In this document: positions 34,552 to 48,327 of the stretch, one piece after another
Position numbering within the stretch: position 1 is the first letter of the stretch
How the letters are laid out: each line of letters begins with the position of its first letter
Assembly (NCBI RefSeq): GCF_964213995.1
Contig: NW_027590140.1
Span: 372,001 to 436,000 of the forward strand
Direction of reading: 5' to 3'
Source: Mustelus asterias
Lineage: Eukaryota
Length of the DNA: 64,000 bases
The notes under the pieces: generated by a model
Database searches by the model: none
The model's input: the letters and a program-made list of their open reading frames with translations, nothing else
What the model was told of the DNA's origin: nothing
Program-made: the position numbers and the translations under genes

Positions 34552-36838
34552 TCAGCTGTGAACTGATGCTCGGGATCCAGCATAGTCTTATTAAGTGGTG
34601 GAGGGGGTTCCAGTGGTCAGACTGCATCACGCTTTGTCTCAGAGTTACTGGTTTCTGAGTGAAGTCGGAGAGCTCAGCGTTTAAGTTAGCGAGATGTTTT
34701 CTTGTGATTTGGCTGAGATTTGGATCCAGGACGAGGAGATGTTTGTGTCAATCTAACCGATAAAATCAACCCCATTTGTCATGCAGATTTGAACTTGTAT
34801 CCCCATCTCTATTGGCAGCGCTTTGCAGCCTATCACTGTCCTTCACAATCTGTGTTTGTTCTTGAACTGTTGCCCATGTGACATTTCCAATTCGGACACA
34901 AAACTATAGATCTAACTCCATTGCTTCTGACAGAGCTGTTTTCGATCAGGAAACAACTCAGGTCTCTTACATGGATTATCAAAAACTTTAAATCTTAGCA
35001 TATTGAAGCCGATCAATGACCCTGAAAGCGCCAAATCCGAAGCACTGGACCACGAGGATTTCATTCTCCTGGTTCTCCCATAGACTGAATGCAGGAATTC
35101 CACAGTGCCAATTATTCACAGTCGCATTCTCCTTCCAGTCTTGTACACGTTGTTCAGCTTTGAAAGTATTCATCTTTTCACATTAGCTTCCAGTGTGATG
35201 AAAGCAGATCAGTGATGAGCTGAAGTTTTTCAACAGATTTACCACAATAAGGTTTATAACAAACATTACTCTTTGAATGTGGTGAGCTACAGTGAAATTT
35301 AATGCAGTAGAAGGTAACTCACTCATTCTGACAGTCGGTACCAGCAATTGCAATGTAAATATGATGTCGAGATACCGGGTTGGACTGGGGTGGGCACAAT
35401 AAGAAGACTCACAGCATCATGTTAAAGTCCAACAGGTTCATTTGCTCCGATAATAAAATCAATTTGCTTTATGTTATCAGCGCCCCGAAAGCTCCTGACT
35501 CCAAATAGACCTGGTGTTGTAAGACTTCCTTATGTAAATATGAATTGTTGTGGGTAATTGACAGGATTGTGGAATGGGGCAGATTTTTCCTTCTTCCTGT
35601 TCAACCTGCCACAAGCATCGCTCCCGTTTTCGACCAGGGAGCAATACCCACTCTCCTTAATTCATGTGTTGCACGAGAGCAATGAATCATCATTCCCTAA
35701 CCGTGAATCGAACCCAAACCATGGCAGTTAAAGAAGCGAATTCTATCGACGAAACCAACACGGAAATTGAAGTGACCTGAGCATTATTGAGCAATTGTGG
35801 GCGTGTGTGTGCGTGTGTGATTAGGGAGAAAGGTCACGTGCTCTCGGGTGATCCCTGCTGAGTGAAGCCTCCGATCTCTTTATCGCTGAGCGTTTTGTGT
35901 TCTTGAGAAATCGTCCTCTGGGGCTGATGCAATGAGGCCAGGAGAGTAACTCACTGCACCGTCCGCAATGTGATTGCGGTGCGATTTGCTGAAAGCTGTT
36001 AATTTTATAAAAATAATCTTTTTGCGAATTGTAAATGAAATGCCCTTCAGTACCCGGTAAGAATTCTCACAACACCAGGTTAAAGTGCAACAGGATTGTT
36101 TGAAATCACGAGCTTTCGGAGCGCAGCTCCTTCATCACTCACGCTGAGGATTCACCACATTTTTCTGTCTTTGAATGAAAGCAATAGATATCTCGTCAGT
36201 TCCCCGGTATCCTGAGTGTACGACACTGATTTCAACAGTACACTGATTTAAATGTTTGTTTTCAATGTGAAATTAAGTAGTTTGATTCCATGTGAAGGAT
36301 TTACATTTACACTCTTCCGGGAAGATTGTGACGTAGTGGTAAAATCAGTGGAGTATGAATCCTGTGGCCCAGTCTCACAGGTCACGATCCCACCACAGTC
36401 TAGAACTGAAACGGAAGTGAAAGCTAGTCTCAGTAATGAAGCTTTGTTTTCCGATTGTCATGAAAACACATCTTGCAGAAGGAAATCTGCCATCCTTCTC
36501 CTTTCTGGCCTCCATGGGACTCCAGAGGAAAGGCAATGTGATTGACTCTTAACTGCCCTCTGAAATGGCCCAGCAAAATACGCAGTTCAGTGGGAAATAG
36601 GGGTGGACAACAAATGCTGGCATTGACAATGAAATATATATTGCATTAGCAGCAGTTTAAGAAATGATTAATTCTCATTTTGTTTCATTTCATGTCAAAC
36701 AGGGTGACATATTCTGGTGTCTTAAGATTTAAAACCTCAACCTTTCAACTGTTCAAACAGGGAAGATTCAGTCAGAGAAAAGTAATCCACTGTGATCCAA
36801 AACTAGGTTTTTTAGTTGCTGCGAATCCCACCTCAAAA

Positions 36839-38189
36839 ATCCCATTTCTGGATAGAAATGGTTCGATCAATCAGACGCAGCATGGATACATGAGGGGAAA
36901 GTCGTGCTTGACGAACATGTTGGATTTTTATGAAGATGTGACTAGGGCGGTTGATGGAGGAGAACCGGTGGATGCGGTGTTTTTGGATTTCCAAAAGGCG
37001 TTTGATAAAGTGCCCCATAAAAGGCTGCTGAAGAAGATTAGAGCACACGGAGTTGGGGGTAGTGTGTTAAAGTGGATTGGGGACTGGCTATCCGACAGGA
37101 AGCAAAGAGTCGGAATAAATGGGTGTTTTTCCGGTTGGAGGAAGGTAACTAGTGGCGTGCCGCAGGGATCGGTACTCGGGCCGCAACTGTTTACCATTTA
37201 TATAGATGATCTGGAGGAGGGGACGGAGTGTAGGGTAACGAAGTTTGCAGACGACACAAAGATAAGTGGAAAAGTGAATCGTGTGGAGGACGGAGAAGAT
37301 CTGCAGAGAGATTTGGACAGGCTGAGTGAGTGGGCGAGGATATGGCAAATGGAGTATAACGTTGATAAATGCGAGGTTATACACTTTGGAGGAAATAATA
37401 ACAAATGGGATTACTATCTCAATGGAAACAAATTAAAACATGCTACCGTGCAAAGGGACCTGGGGGTCTTTGTGCATGAGACGCAAAAGCCCAGTCTGCA
37501 GGTACAACAGGTGATCAAGAAGGCAAATGGGATGTTGGCCTATATCGCGAGGGGGATAGAATATAAAAGCAGGGATGTCTTGATGCACCTGTACAGGGCA
37601 TTGGTGAGGCCGCAGCTGGAATACTGTGTGCAGTATTGGTCCCCTTATATGAGGAAGGATATATTGGCATTGGAGGGAGTGCAGAGAAGGTTCACCAGGT
37701 TGATACCGGAGATGAGGGGTTTGGATTATGAGGAGAGGCTGAGGAGATTGGGTTTGTACTCGTTGGAGTTTAGAAGGATGAGGGGGGATCTTATGGAGAC
37801 TTATAAGATAATGCGGGGGCTGGATAGGGTGGAGGCGGAGAGATTCTTTCCACTTAGTAAGGAAGTTAAAACTAGAGGACACAGCCTCAAAATAAAGGGG
37901 GGTCGGTTTAAGACAGAGTTGAGGAGGAACTTCTTCTCCCAGAGGGTGGTGAATCTCTGGAATTCTCTGCCCACTGAGGTGGTGGAGGCTACCTCGCTGA
38001 ATATGTTTAAAGCGCGGATGGATGGATTCCTGATCGGTAAGGAAATTAAGGGTTATGGGTATCAGGCGGGTAAGTGGTACTGATCCACGTCAGATCAGCC
38101 ATGATCTTATTGAATGGCGGGGCAGGCTCGAGGGGCTAGATGGCCTACTCCTGCTCCTATTTCTTATGTTCTTATGTTCTTATGTTCTT
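36839..38189 (+). mobile_element. Young 5'-truncated CR1 (RT domain to 3' tail), present only in unit B
   Basis: Open frame [41 protein letters not shown]; (TTATGTTC)n tail; empty site CCTCAAAACAG in units A and C; AAAA TSD. Confidence 0.96.
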
Positions 38190-38668
38190 AAAACAGAAAA
38201 TGTTGGAAGCACTCATCATCTTCAACAGCTTCTGTGGAGCGGGAAAGAGAGTGAATGATTCAGGTTGCTGACCTTTGACCCTAACTGGAAAAAAGTAGTG
38301 ATTGAATGGTTTACAAACAATTACAGAGTCAAGGAAAATAGAGAGGGAGAGGAGGAAAGAACAAACGGTCTTTTGATCGGATGGAAGGCTGGAGTGATTG
38401 AACTACAATGGAGATGATTATTGTTCCCACTGACACAATCTCGCAGATCTGGGTTTAAATCTCATAATAAATGAGAACAAAACCTCTCGCTGAGTTCAGC
38501 GCTAAACTCCCGCCTTCCAGTGAACTGGAGGCAGTTTTCAGTCACAAACCCACAACTCTGAGATGAACAACGCAGAAAGGAGAAAGACTCAGTTTGAGCG
38601 GTGACACTTCTGGAGGAACGGAGATCTGGAATTCACTCAGGAATGAGGCAAAGTTTAGAAATCAATGT

Positions 38669-38741
38669 CGCCCAACGTGGGGCTCGAACCCACGACCCTG
38701 AGATTAAGAGTCTCATGCTCTACCGACTGAGCTAGCCGGGC
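38669..38741 (-). tRNA. tRNA-Lys(CTT), intact
   Basis: Identical to 19191-19263. Confidence 0.97.
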
Positions 38742-39556
38742 ACACGTACTCGAATGCTTTCCATAACCTAAAATGCATGGAGACAAATACGGTTTTTCCA
38801 CCTGGTGTCTCAGCTTGTTCTGATTTCAAAGTTTACAATGAATCCACCGACAGAATCCCCAATTCCTATCCATTCATCTCAATCATTACTTACATTATTC
38901 ACATCTTCCAATTCTTAGCTTCACCTCTCCCAAATATTCCAAACTCCTCTTACGTCATTCACCTTATTTTTCTTTGTTCTTAATAATTTAGCCAGGGGTG
39001 GAGGGAACTCAACATTTACACTGTTCAACTGTTTCCCAGTTTCCGACTTTTCAACAAGATCACCTATGATTATTCTAAACTCCAGAGCGAGCAGACTCGT
39101 CCCACTGATTCTCTCCTCCCAGGAGAAACTCATAAATCAATCCAGTGAACCTCGGTTACACACAGACAGCTAAATAATGGACAGAGCAAGGAGCAAAAGA
39201 TGTCAACGTAATAAAAACATCGTCAGTGAGTCTGAGGGAGATATATAGAGACAATGAAAAACAGAAATAGCGAGTGCGGTACACAACCACAATCCAAGAA
39301 TGAATAACAATAATCACACAGCTAGCTGTCTCAACCAACAAACATGGGGTCCTCTAAACTGGTGAACAGAGATCAAGTGAATGGCCACAAGCATATTAAC
39401 CTTTTAATGTCTTGATTTTCTTGTGTGAGTGTTGTGTTGATAGATTGCCTGCTATCTGTGCTCAGGTTCTCAAACCAAATCCCACGTAAACCAATCCTAA
39501 CGTTTGCACTGAAAAAACCTATGACTTGTCCAATACGAAACAACAGCTGATTGAGT

Positions 39557-39646
39557 GATCGAGCCCAGCATGTGAACCAGCGATCGCTCACACGTTTGTG
39601 GATGTTTACGTCCCAGGCCCGAGTCATACCTCTCGCCCAACGAGCC
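39557..39646 (-). pseudogene. Intron-bearing tRNA-Pro pseudogene
   Basis: Paralog of 20091; 18-nt insert. Confidence 0.65.
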
Positions 39647-42600
39647 GCTGCTGAGGATGCTGTTCAATGAAAATATTTCCATTGGCATCCAAAGCTGCTC
39701 AGATTTCTGCAGTGAAAGGTGAAAATGCTGGAAAAAATCAGAAAGCCAGACAGCTTGTGTGCACAGGAAAACGAATCTTATATTTTAGCTCCATAAACTT
39801 TCATTGGGAATAACAGGGAATTTTGAGAAATGGAGGAAGTTTTAAACAAATGTTATCCAGCAGCATAACAAGAGGGTTTGAGGCCTCTTGCCGGGTGGAA
39901 ATCAGGAGAGATTAAATGAGGGAAACAAAGAATTTTAAAGTAATTACACCACAGAATGGGGCCATTCCTCAGTCCCTTACAGGACTCAGTTGTGTTGTGG
40001 ATGAAGGGGAACCTGTCGATGTAATGTACGTAGATTGCATTGGAGCCACAGTGATGAGTTGGGGGGTTTTGAAAATTGAAAGTTACACTTAGGAACATAG
40101 AATTAGGAGCAGAAGTGGCAAATTCACCCCTTCGAGCCTGAACCGTCATGCAATCAGTTCATGACTGATCTCTCCCTGTTCTCAAGTCCATCTCCCTACC
40201 TGTTCCAATATCCCCTCATCCCTTTAATTATCAGGAATATATCTGTCTCTTTCTTGAAATCATTTAATGATTCAGACTCAACCGTGTTATGGGGCAATGC
40301 ATTCCACAAATTCACGACCCTCAGTGAGAAGCAGTTCCTCCTCATCTCAGTTTTAAATCTACCACCTCTCAACGTATACATTTGACATGGTGTTCGCGAT
40401 TGCGCAGAAGAAAAAAGATTTCTTCAATCCTATTTAGAATTTTATACACCACGATCACTTCAGCATCTTGTGGGACTATTTCACCTGAATGTGGGTTTCA
40501 TTTCGTAGCAAGCACAATCGGTGTTGTCATTAGCTGAAGCAGTCACTTATGTTCCATCCAAACTGGACACATTAAGGGATATATGGTAAGTCATTTTGAA
40601 AAACACAGTTCACCCGTGGCCCTGGGAGTCCAGTGGGTTGTATTCAGTACTCCCCAGTGTTGTTTGTTTTCAATTCCCGCTCAGGAAACGATTATTTATA
40701 GCTCTCGGCAAACTATTAAAAAATAACCTGATTTACTATCTGATCGAAAGCAGATCTACCAATATCAGCCGAGTGAGTTTTGCAAGTCTACATCACAGCT
40801 GCAAATGTCACATGTGCAACAGGTCAAGAACAAACACAGTAGCAGAAAGATAGTGATAGGCTGGAAAGCGCTGAGAATAGAGATGGTGATGGAAGATAAC
40901 ATTTGGATGGTAAAAAGGTCAGATTTTGGCGTTCACACTGAATTATTCAACTTTTCCCTCACTCTGCAACGAAAATATTTGGGAAAGATTCTCTCTCGTT
41001 TCAAACAGTCGAAAGTGGAATTAATAACTGTAAGTGGAATGTCTGTTGTATGTTGTCACTGATTGAATGTATCAATGGGATGGAAACAGAAGGTGCCGTA
41101 TTGCAACAGAGACTTGCTTGTGGTGAATGTAGTCTGGCCTGGCGCGAAAAATAAAGCAATACATGCAGTGTGTGTAAAGCAAGTTGTAAAACAGGCGAAA
41201 AGCAGCTGGTCTGGTGGTTAGAGTTTGACACTTTCACTGCTGTTTGGATTGGTGGTCAGGTAATGGACATTTGTTGCTCCCATCCAAACCGTAAAAACAA
41301 ATGTCAGTTATTGCCTTGTGGAACATATAAAACACAATCTCGCCTCATGTCCTGAAGTGAAGACTGAGCAAATTCAACAGGAGGTTTTTTCTTGTCATTT
41401 CTGGCAGGATAGTGGGAACCAGACAAGGTTAAGGGCAGTTTAAATGATGCTGGTCCTTCACTGCAGCTCATTCTGTTTCTGACTGGATGTGATTCCTGCT
41501 TGTTACAGAGTTCAGGATCAATTGATTCAGTAAAGGAGCAGGCTCAAGCCGACTGATGGACTGTCGCAGCTCCATTGCTGCTAATTTCAATAACGATACC
41601 AGTAAAGGACACAGCTGCTTACATGGTAACGTAGCCGAGTAATCTAAGCCAGTGGCTGAAGGTCCAGTCTCTACGGAGTTGTTGTGTTCGACTGCAGCCA
41701 CTGCCAGAATGGGTTTGAGTTTTGGTCCCTGCAGTTGAAGTCCAGCATTTCAGATTGAATGCAAGAGTTTGTGCCGTGTCGTTTTTGGCATGAAGAAAGA
41801 GGGGCGATAGAGCAATGTGAACAGGTGTTGAGGTAAAGGAACGAGTGTGGAAGGACTGGAGCAAATTATCGTGGATTCTGGAATCGGAAACAAAAAGAGA
41901 AAATGCTGGAAAATCTCACCAGGTCTGGCAGCATCTGTAAGGAGTGAAGAAAGCTGACATTTCGAGACCAGATGACCCTTTGTCAAAGCTGGGAGGAGTG
42001 GAACTGCTCCGATAGAGAATATAAACGGGAACACCGGTTGAATGGCTGTCTGTCGAAATAAACAGCAGGATTGCAAACATTGAGACTGCAGTCCCGGCCC
42101 AGGGGATGGATTGGGATTTTCTAACTGAGGTTCAAATCCTATCATGTGCGCTTCCCGTCATTCCTCATTGTGACTTTTTTTTAATTGAAAGTTATTGGAA
42201 ATGAAGCAATGGGTGCAGAGATGATCAACTCACTCCATATTTGTCACATCAGCGTCACTGAGGGTCTAGTGATCAGCGTCGGCGCCGTGACGCGGTTTCG
42301 ATTCCCAGTCTCGGAGTGAATAAATTTTTGTTCATTTCTTCATTCAATAAAAGCAGCGTCCGTGAAGGGAACAACAAGCTAAATCTTCCAGCTGGATGAA
42401 CTTGTATCAGAGCTGGAAAAATCAGAGATGTAACATTAACGATAAACTCTGAAGAAGAACCACATGTCACACACAACATACATGTCAAGTACATACACAA
42501 TACACATGTCAAATCATGTCACTTTCAACTTCTGTCTTTTAACTTCCGGCTCTCCACCTCAGACATTTCCACATTCATCAAAAATCTCCGTCCTCAAACC

Positions 42601-42660
42601 CCATCCTGGTCCTCAATCCACGGATAATGCTGCACTTAGTGGCAGCTCCTTGCAGCATTT

Positions 42661-42733
42661 GGCTCCTTATCTCAGTGGTTAGAGCACTGGTCTTGTAAAC
42701 CAGGGGTCGCGAGTTCAATTCTCGCTGGAGCCT
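42661..42733 (+). tRNA. tRNA-Thr(TGT), near-intact
   Basis: Canonical except position 7 and G10>T in the A box/D stem. Confidence 0.82.
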
Positions 42734-43985
42734 ACGGGCAAAGTTTAGCTGATAGAAGCTGTCGGAAAGGGGAAGAGAGTCTAAAAGTCAAACAAGAGAT
42801 AAGTCGAGGTTCAGATCGGGTGTGATTTTGGAAAGCGAAAAGATATGTCCTTCTTCGGAAAAAAATCGAAAGAGCAGGACATATTTGAAGAGCTGAAATA
42901 GGTTAGTGTCGATATTGAGAATAGAATAGATGCATTTGTACAAGGAATGCATGAAGCTGGCATGTAGGTGCAGGCAATGATTGGAAGGAAACTTGCATTT
43001 TAGTCTTTATTGACGGCAGACTGGAGTCCAAGTATAACGAGGTGTTGCTGCAGTTGTACAGGGTTTTGTTGAGACCACATGTTGAATATTCTGTGCAGAT
43101 ATGATATTCACATTTAATAAAGGGTTTATTTGCATTGGAAACGGTGCAGATAAGGTTCAGCAGATGATCCCTGGGATGAGGGAGTTGTCGTATGATGAGA
43201 GGCTGAGTAAATTGGGCTGAAAGTCTCTGGAGTTTGGAGGAATGAGAGGCGATTTCATTAAACCGACACAAGTCTGATTGGGTTTGACAGGGTGGAGGCT
43301 GAGAGATTTCTTCTGCTTGTCGGGAAATCTAACCCACGGCAGTGCAGTCTCAGGGAAATGAGCTGATCATTTCGGCCTAAGATAAGGCGAAATTACTTCA
43401 CTGAAATGGTTGTGAATCTTTGAAATTCCCTATGCCCGACAGTTATGGAAGCTCCATCATCGAATACATTTAAGGTTGGGATAGACAGGTTTCTGGCCTC
43501 TCGGGGAATTCAGGGATATGGGGAGCTGGTGAAAAACTGAGTTGTACCCCAGGATCAGCCATAACAAGCTATTTTATTCAAATAACCAAGAACTTTAAGG
43601 AAACAAGTAAAACATGTTAATTAAGGTACTGCCCTTCATTGACTGGAAAATGCTTTGTGACGTCCGCTGGTCGGGATAAGTTCTATATAAATGCAAATAT
43701 TTCATGATCTTCAATCCTAGTCCACTGTTACTGAGCCCTGTCAGTGGGAACAGTCTGTCCCTCCCTGCTCTATCAAACGGCTGTTTTCCATGTTAGAAGG
43801 GATGAACCATTACACCACAACAACACTGTGGGGTAAAATAATAAAATATACATGTTTAGATTTGTAAACGATGCCATCATTTGGTCTTTCTGTGTCAGGT
43901 TTGGTGAAAATTGAATTGGCGTCTAACTTGCAGCCAACACACTGTCACCCTGATTTAGGATGCCATGTAAGCTCCATTTTTGTCA

Positions 43986-44002
43986 GTCTCTGTGGCGCAA
44001 TT

Positions 44003-44035
<33 letters not shown>

Positions 44036-44051
44036 ATGGTTCGAGACCATC
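43986..44051 (+). pseudogene. tRNA-Asn(GTT) lacking the 3' acceptor strand
   Basis: Identical to 28932 until ...GAGACCATC, then CAGGGACG is missing. Confidence 0.85.
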
Positions 44052-44686
44052 ACTTTCACTTTTTTTTCCTCTCCATCTGCTTTCATTGTCTCTCGGTTTT
44101 TGAGTGTCACTGAGTCCTTGGGCAACACTAAAAAAAAACTTATCGTGTGTTTCTGCCTCTACTGTTAGCCGACGTTAGTTTATTGAACATTTATCTCCAA
44201 CATCTTATTTGTAACAATTTATATATTTCAAATATTATTAAACTCAATAACTGAACTCGAAACTTTAACCCATGTTTGATCTTGGGTTTCCATTTTCCTG
44301 CACACTCCCCTTCTTTCTCAGATTTCTCAGGAATCTGTCTGTCGCAACCTGAAATGTGTTCAATAAGGAAAATACACAGCAAGTCGGCAAAGATCAGTGG
44401 AATGAGGACTGAGTTAAACTTTCACCAGAATGCTGTTTTTATAATTGCAAAGTCCTGAGATTTAGAGCAGATAGTTCACATGGGAAAGGGCTGTTTGATA
44501 GAGCAGATAGGGACACACTGTTTCCACTGACGAGGGTCAGTAACCAAAGGATTGGGATTAAAGACAATTAATGAAAGACCGACTTGTATTTATGTAGCGC
44601 CTTTCCCGGTTGCTGGACGTCACAAAGCGCTGTGCAGCCAATGGAAGACAGTTCCAATTGAAAAAAAAGTATCAGCTCGACAAGGA

Positions 44687-44759
44687 AGAGTGCATTCGGA
44701 TTTGAACCGAGGACCTCTGAGATCTACAGTCAAATGCGCTACCGCTGAGCTACACCCAC
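44687..44759 (-). pseudogene. tRNA-Cys pseudogene (anticodon GTA)
   Basis: Paralog of 16375 with multiple stem mismatches. Confidence 0.7.
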
Positions 44760-45984
44760 TCAGTCGCAAGCTGGTTCACGGGATCCAGCATATTCTTATT
44801 AAGTGTGGAGGGGGATCGAGTGGTCAGACTGCATCCCGCTTTGTCTCAGATTTACTGGTTTCTGAGTGAAGTCGGAGAGCTTCGTGTTTAAGTTACCGAG
44901 ATGTTTTCTTGTGATTTGGCTGAGATTTGGATCTCGGTCGAGGAGATATATGTGTCAAGCTAATCGATAAAATCTACCCCATTGTCATACAGATTTGTAT
45001 CCCCATCTCCCATCCCCAATAATGCAGCGCTTTGCAGCCTATCACGGCCTTTCACTATCTATGTTTATTCTTAAACTGTTGCCCATGTGACATTTCCAAT
45101 TCAGACACAGAATTATAGATCGAACTGCACTGCCTCTGACAGAGCTGTTTTCGATCAGGAAGCAATTCAGGTTTGTTGAACGGATTATGAAAAACTTTAA
45201 ATCTTAGCATATCGAAGCCGATCTATGACTCTGAAAGCGCCGAATCCTAACCACTGGAACACCAGAATTTCATCTTCCTGATTCTCCCAGAAACTGAGTA
45301 CAGGATTATGCACAGTGCCAATTATTCACGGTAGCAATCACCTTCCAATCTTGTGCACGTTGTTCAGCTTTGAAATTGTTCATATTTTCACATTCGCTTC
45401 CAGTGTGATGAAAGCGGAGCTGTGATAAGCTTAATCTTTTCAATAGATTTACTGCAATAAGGTTTATAACAAACATTACTCTTTGAATGTGGTGAGCTAC
45501 AGTGAAATTTAATGCAGCAGAAGGTAGCTCACTCATTTTGACAGGAGGTGCCAGCAATTGCAATGTAAATATGATGTCGAGATACGGGCGTTGGACTGGG
45601 ATGGGCAGAATAAGAAGACTCACAGCATCATGTTAAAGTCCAACTGGTTCATTTGCTCCGATAATAAAATAAATTTGCTTTATTTTATCAGCGCCCCAAA
45701 AGCTCTTGATTCCAAATCGATCCGCTGTTGTGAGACTGCTTAATGTAAATATTAATTGTTGTGGGTAATTGACAGGATTGTGGATTGGGGCAGATTTTTC
45801 CTCCCTGCTGTTCAACCTGCCACAAGTATCGCTCCCGTTTTGAATCAGGAAGCAATACCCACTCTCCTTAATTCATGTGTTGCACGAGAGCAATGAATCA
45901 TCATTCCCTAACCGGGAATCGAACCCAGACCATGGCATTGAAGGCGGCGAATTCCAACGACCAGACCAACAAGGAAATTGAGGT

Positions 45985-46100
45985 ACCCTGAGCATTTTTG
46001 AGCAAGTGTGCGTGCCTGCGTGTGTGTGCGTGCGTGCGTGCGTGCGTGGGTGGGTGCGTGCGGGTGGGCGGGCAGGCGGGAGTGTGCGTGCGTGCGTATG
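45985..46100. repeat. (GTGC)n-type microsatellite expanded in unit C
   Basis: Only ~20 nt in units A and B (17683, 35800). Confidence 0.85.
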
Positions 46101-47599
46101 TGGTTAAGGAGAAAGGTCTCGTGCTCCAGGGTAATCGCTGATGAATGAAGCCGTCGACCTCTTTATCGCTGAGCTTTTCGTGTTCTTGAGCAATCGTCCT
46201 CTGGGCTGATGCAATGAGACCAGGAGAGTAACTCACTGCACCGTCTGCAATGTGATTGCAGTGCGATTTGCTGAAAGCTGTTAATTTTATAAAAATCATC
46301 TTTTTGCGAATTGTAAATCAAATGCCCTTCAGTGCCCGGTAAGAATTCTCACAACACCAGGTTAAAGTGCAACAGGTTTATTTGGAATCTCTAGCTTTCG
46401 GAGCGCAGCTCCTTCATCACACACACTGAGCATTCACCACATTTTTCTGTCTTTCAATGAACGCAATCGATATCTCATCAATTCCCCGGTATCCTGAGTG
46501 TACGACACTGATTTCCACAGTACACTGCTTTAAATCTTTGTTTTCAATGTGAAATTAAGCAGTTTGTTCCATGTGAAGGATTTACACTTATACCCTTCGG
46601 GGATGATGGTGACGTAGTGGTAAAATCAGTGGAGCATGAATCCCGTGGCTCAGGCTCACAGGTCCCGATCCCACCACAGTCTAGATCTGAAACGGAAGTG
46701 AAAGCTAGTCTCAGTAATGAAGCTTGTTTTCTGATTGTCATGAAAACTCATCTGGAACTTTTGCAGAAGGAAATCTGCCATCCTTCCGCTTTCTGGCCTC
46801 CATTGGACTCCAAACTCAAGTCAATGTGATTGACTCTTCACTGCCCTCTGAAATGGCCCAACAAAATACGCAGTTCAGTGGGAAATAGGGGTGGATAACA
46901 AATGCTGGCATTGACAATGAAATATATATTGCATTAGCAGCATTTTATGAAATGATTAATTCTCATTTTGTTTCATTTCATGTCAAATAGGGTGACATAT
47001 TCTGGTATCTCATTATTTAAAACCGCAGCCCTTTAACTGTTCAAACAGGTAAGGTTCAGTCAGAGTAAAGTGATCCACTGTGATCCCAAGCAAGGTATTG
47101 TAGTTGCTGCAAATCCCACCTCAAAACAGAAAATGTTAGAAGCACTCATGGGCTTCAACAGCTTCTGTGGAGAGGGAAAGAGAGTGAATGATTCAGGTTG
47201 CTGACCTTTGACCCTAACTGGAAGAAATTTGTCATTTAATGGTTTTCAAACAAGGACAGAATCAAGGAAAATAGAGAGGGAGAGGAGGAAAGGACAAACG
47301 GTCTTTTGATAGGATGGAAGGCTGGAGTGATTGAATTACAATGGAGATGATTATTGTTCCCACTGACACAATCGCGCCGATCTGCGTTTGAATCTCACAA
47401 TAAATGAGAACAAAACCTCTCGCTGAGTTCAGCGCTAAACTCCCGCCTTCCAGTGAACTGCAGGCAGTTTTCAGTCACAAACCCACAACTCTGAGATAAA
47501 CAACGCAGAAAGGAGAAAGACTCAGTTTGAGTGGTGATGCTTCTGGAGGAACGAAGATCGGGAATTCACCCAAGAATGGGGCAAAGTTTAAAACGATGA

Positions 47600-47672
47600 C
47601 GCCTAACGTGGGGCTCGAACCCACGGTCCTGCGATTAAGAGTCTTATGCTCTACCGACTGAGCTCGCCAGGC
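47600..47672 (-). pseudogene. tRNA-Lys(CTT) mutated copy
   Basis: About 7 substitutions versus 19191, including anticodon stem and A9. Confidence 0.8.
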
Positions 47673-47774
47673 ACATGGATCAGGTTGGTTTCCATAACCT
47701 AAAATGTATGGAGACAAATGTTGTTTTTCCAACTGGTGTCGATACTTGCCCTGATTTCAAAGTTTACAATGAAT

Positions 47775-47918
47775 TTAAGACTTACCTGGATAGTCACATG
47801 AGCAGCCTGGGAATGGAGGGATACAAACGATTGGTCTAGTTGGACCAAGGAGCGGCACAGGCTTGGAGGGCCGAAGGGCCTGTTTCCTGTGCTGTACTGT
47901 TCTTTGTTCTTTGTTCTT
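47775..47918 (+). mobile_element. Very short CR1 3' insertion with TGAAT TSD
   Basis: Same 3'UTR and (TTCTTTG)n tail as 1-430; TGAAT at 47770 and 47919; empty site in units A and B. Confidence 0.9.
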
Positions 47919-48327
47919 TGAATCGACCTACAGAATCCCCAAGGTTCCTATCCCTTCCTCTCAATCATCAATTACATCATTCACATATTCCAAATCTTCG
48001 CTTCACCTCTCCCAAACATTCCGAACTCCTCTTACACAATTCACCTTTTTTTGTTCATAATAAACTAGCCTGGGGTGGGGGGAACAGCCTCTCAGCATGG
48101 ACACTGTCAAACTGTTTTCGAGTTTCAGACTTTTCAATAAGATCACCTCTGATTATTCTAAACTCCAGAGCGAACAGACTCATCCCGCTGAATCTCTCCT
48201 CCCAGGAGAAACGCAGAAATCAATTCAGTGAACCTCGGATGCACAGAGACATAGAACATAGAACAGTACAGCACAGAACAGGCCCTTCGGCCCACGATGT
48301 TGTGCCGAGCTTTATCTGAAACCAAGA

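Larger units (their letters stand above)
28571..43627 (+). repeat. Tandem tRNA-cluster unit B
   Basis: Colinear with unit A; has an extra CR1 at 36.8 kb and lacks the 24.1-28.6 kb segment. Confidence 0.92.

Noticed and set aside
36680-36838. N-terminal extension making a 467-aa host-RT fusion ORF
   Set aside because: Non-coding flank that happens to be in frame with the truncated CR1; no splice or expression evidence
11174-46829. Short ORFs recurring in each unit (MILG.H.PAH, MFVFNVKL and others)
   Set aside because: Recurrence reflects the segmental duplication; lengths and frames are not conserved and no domains are present
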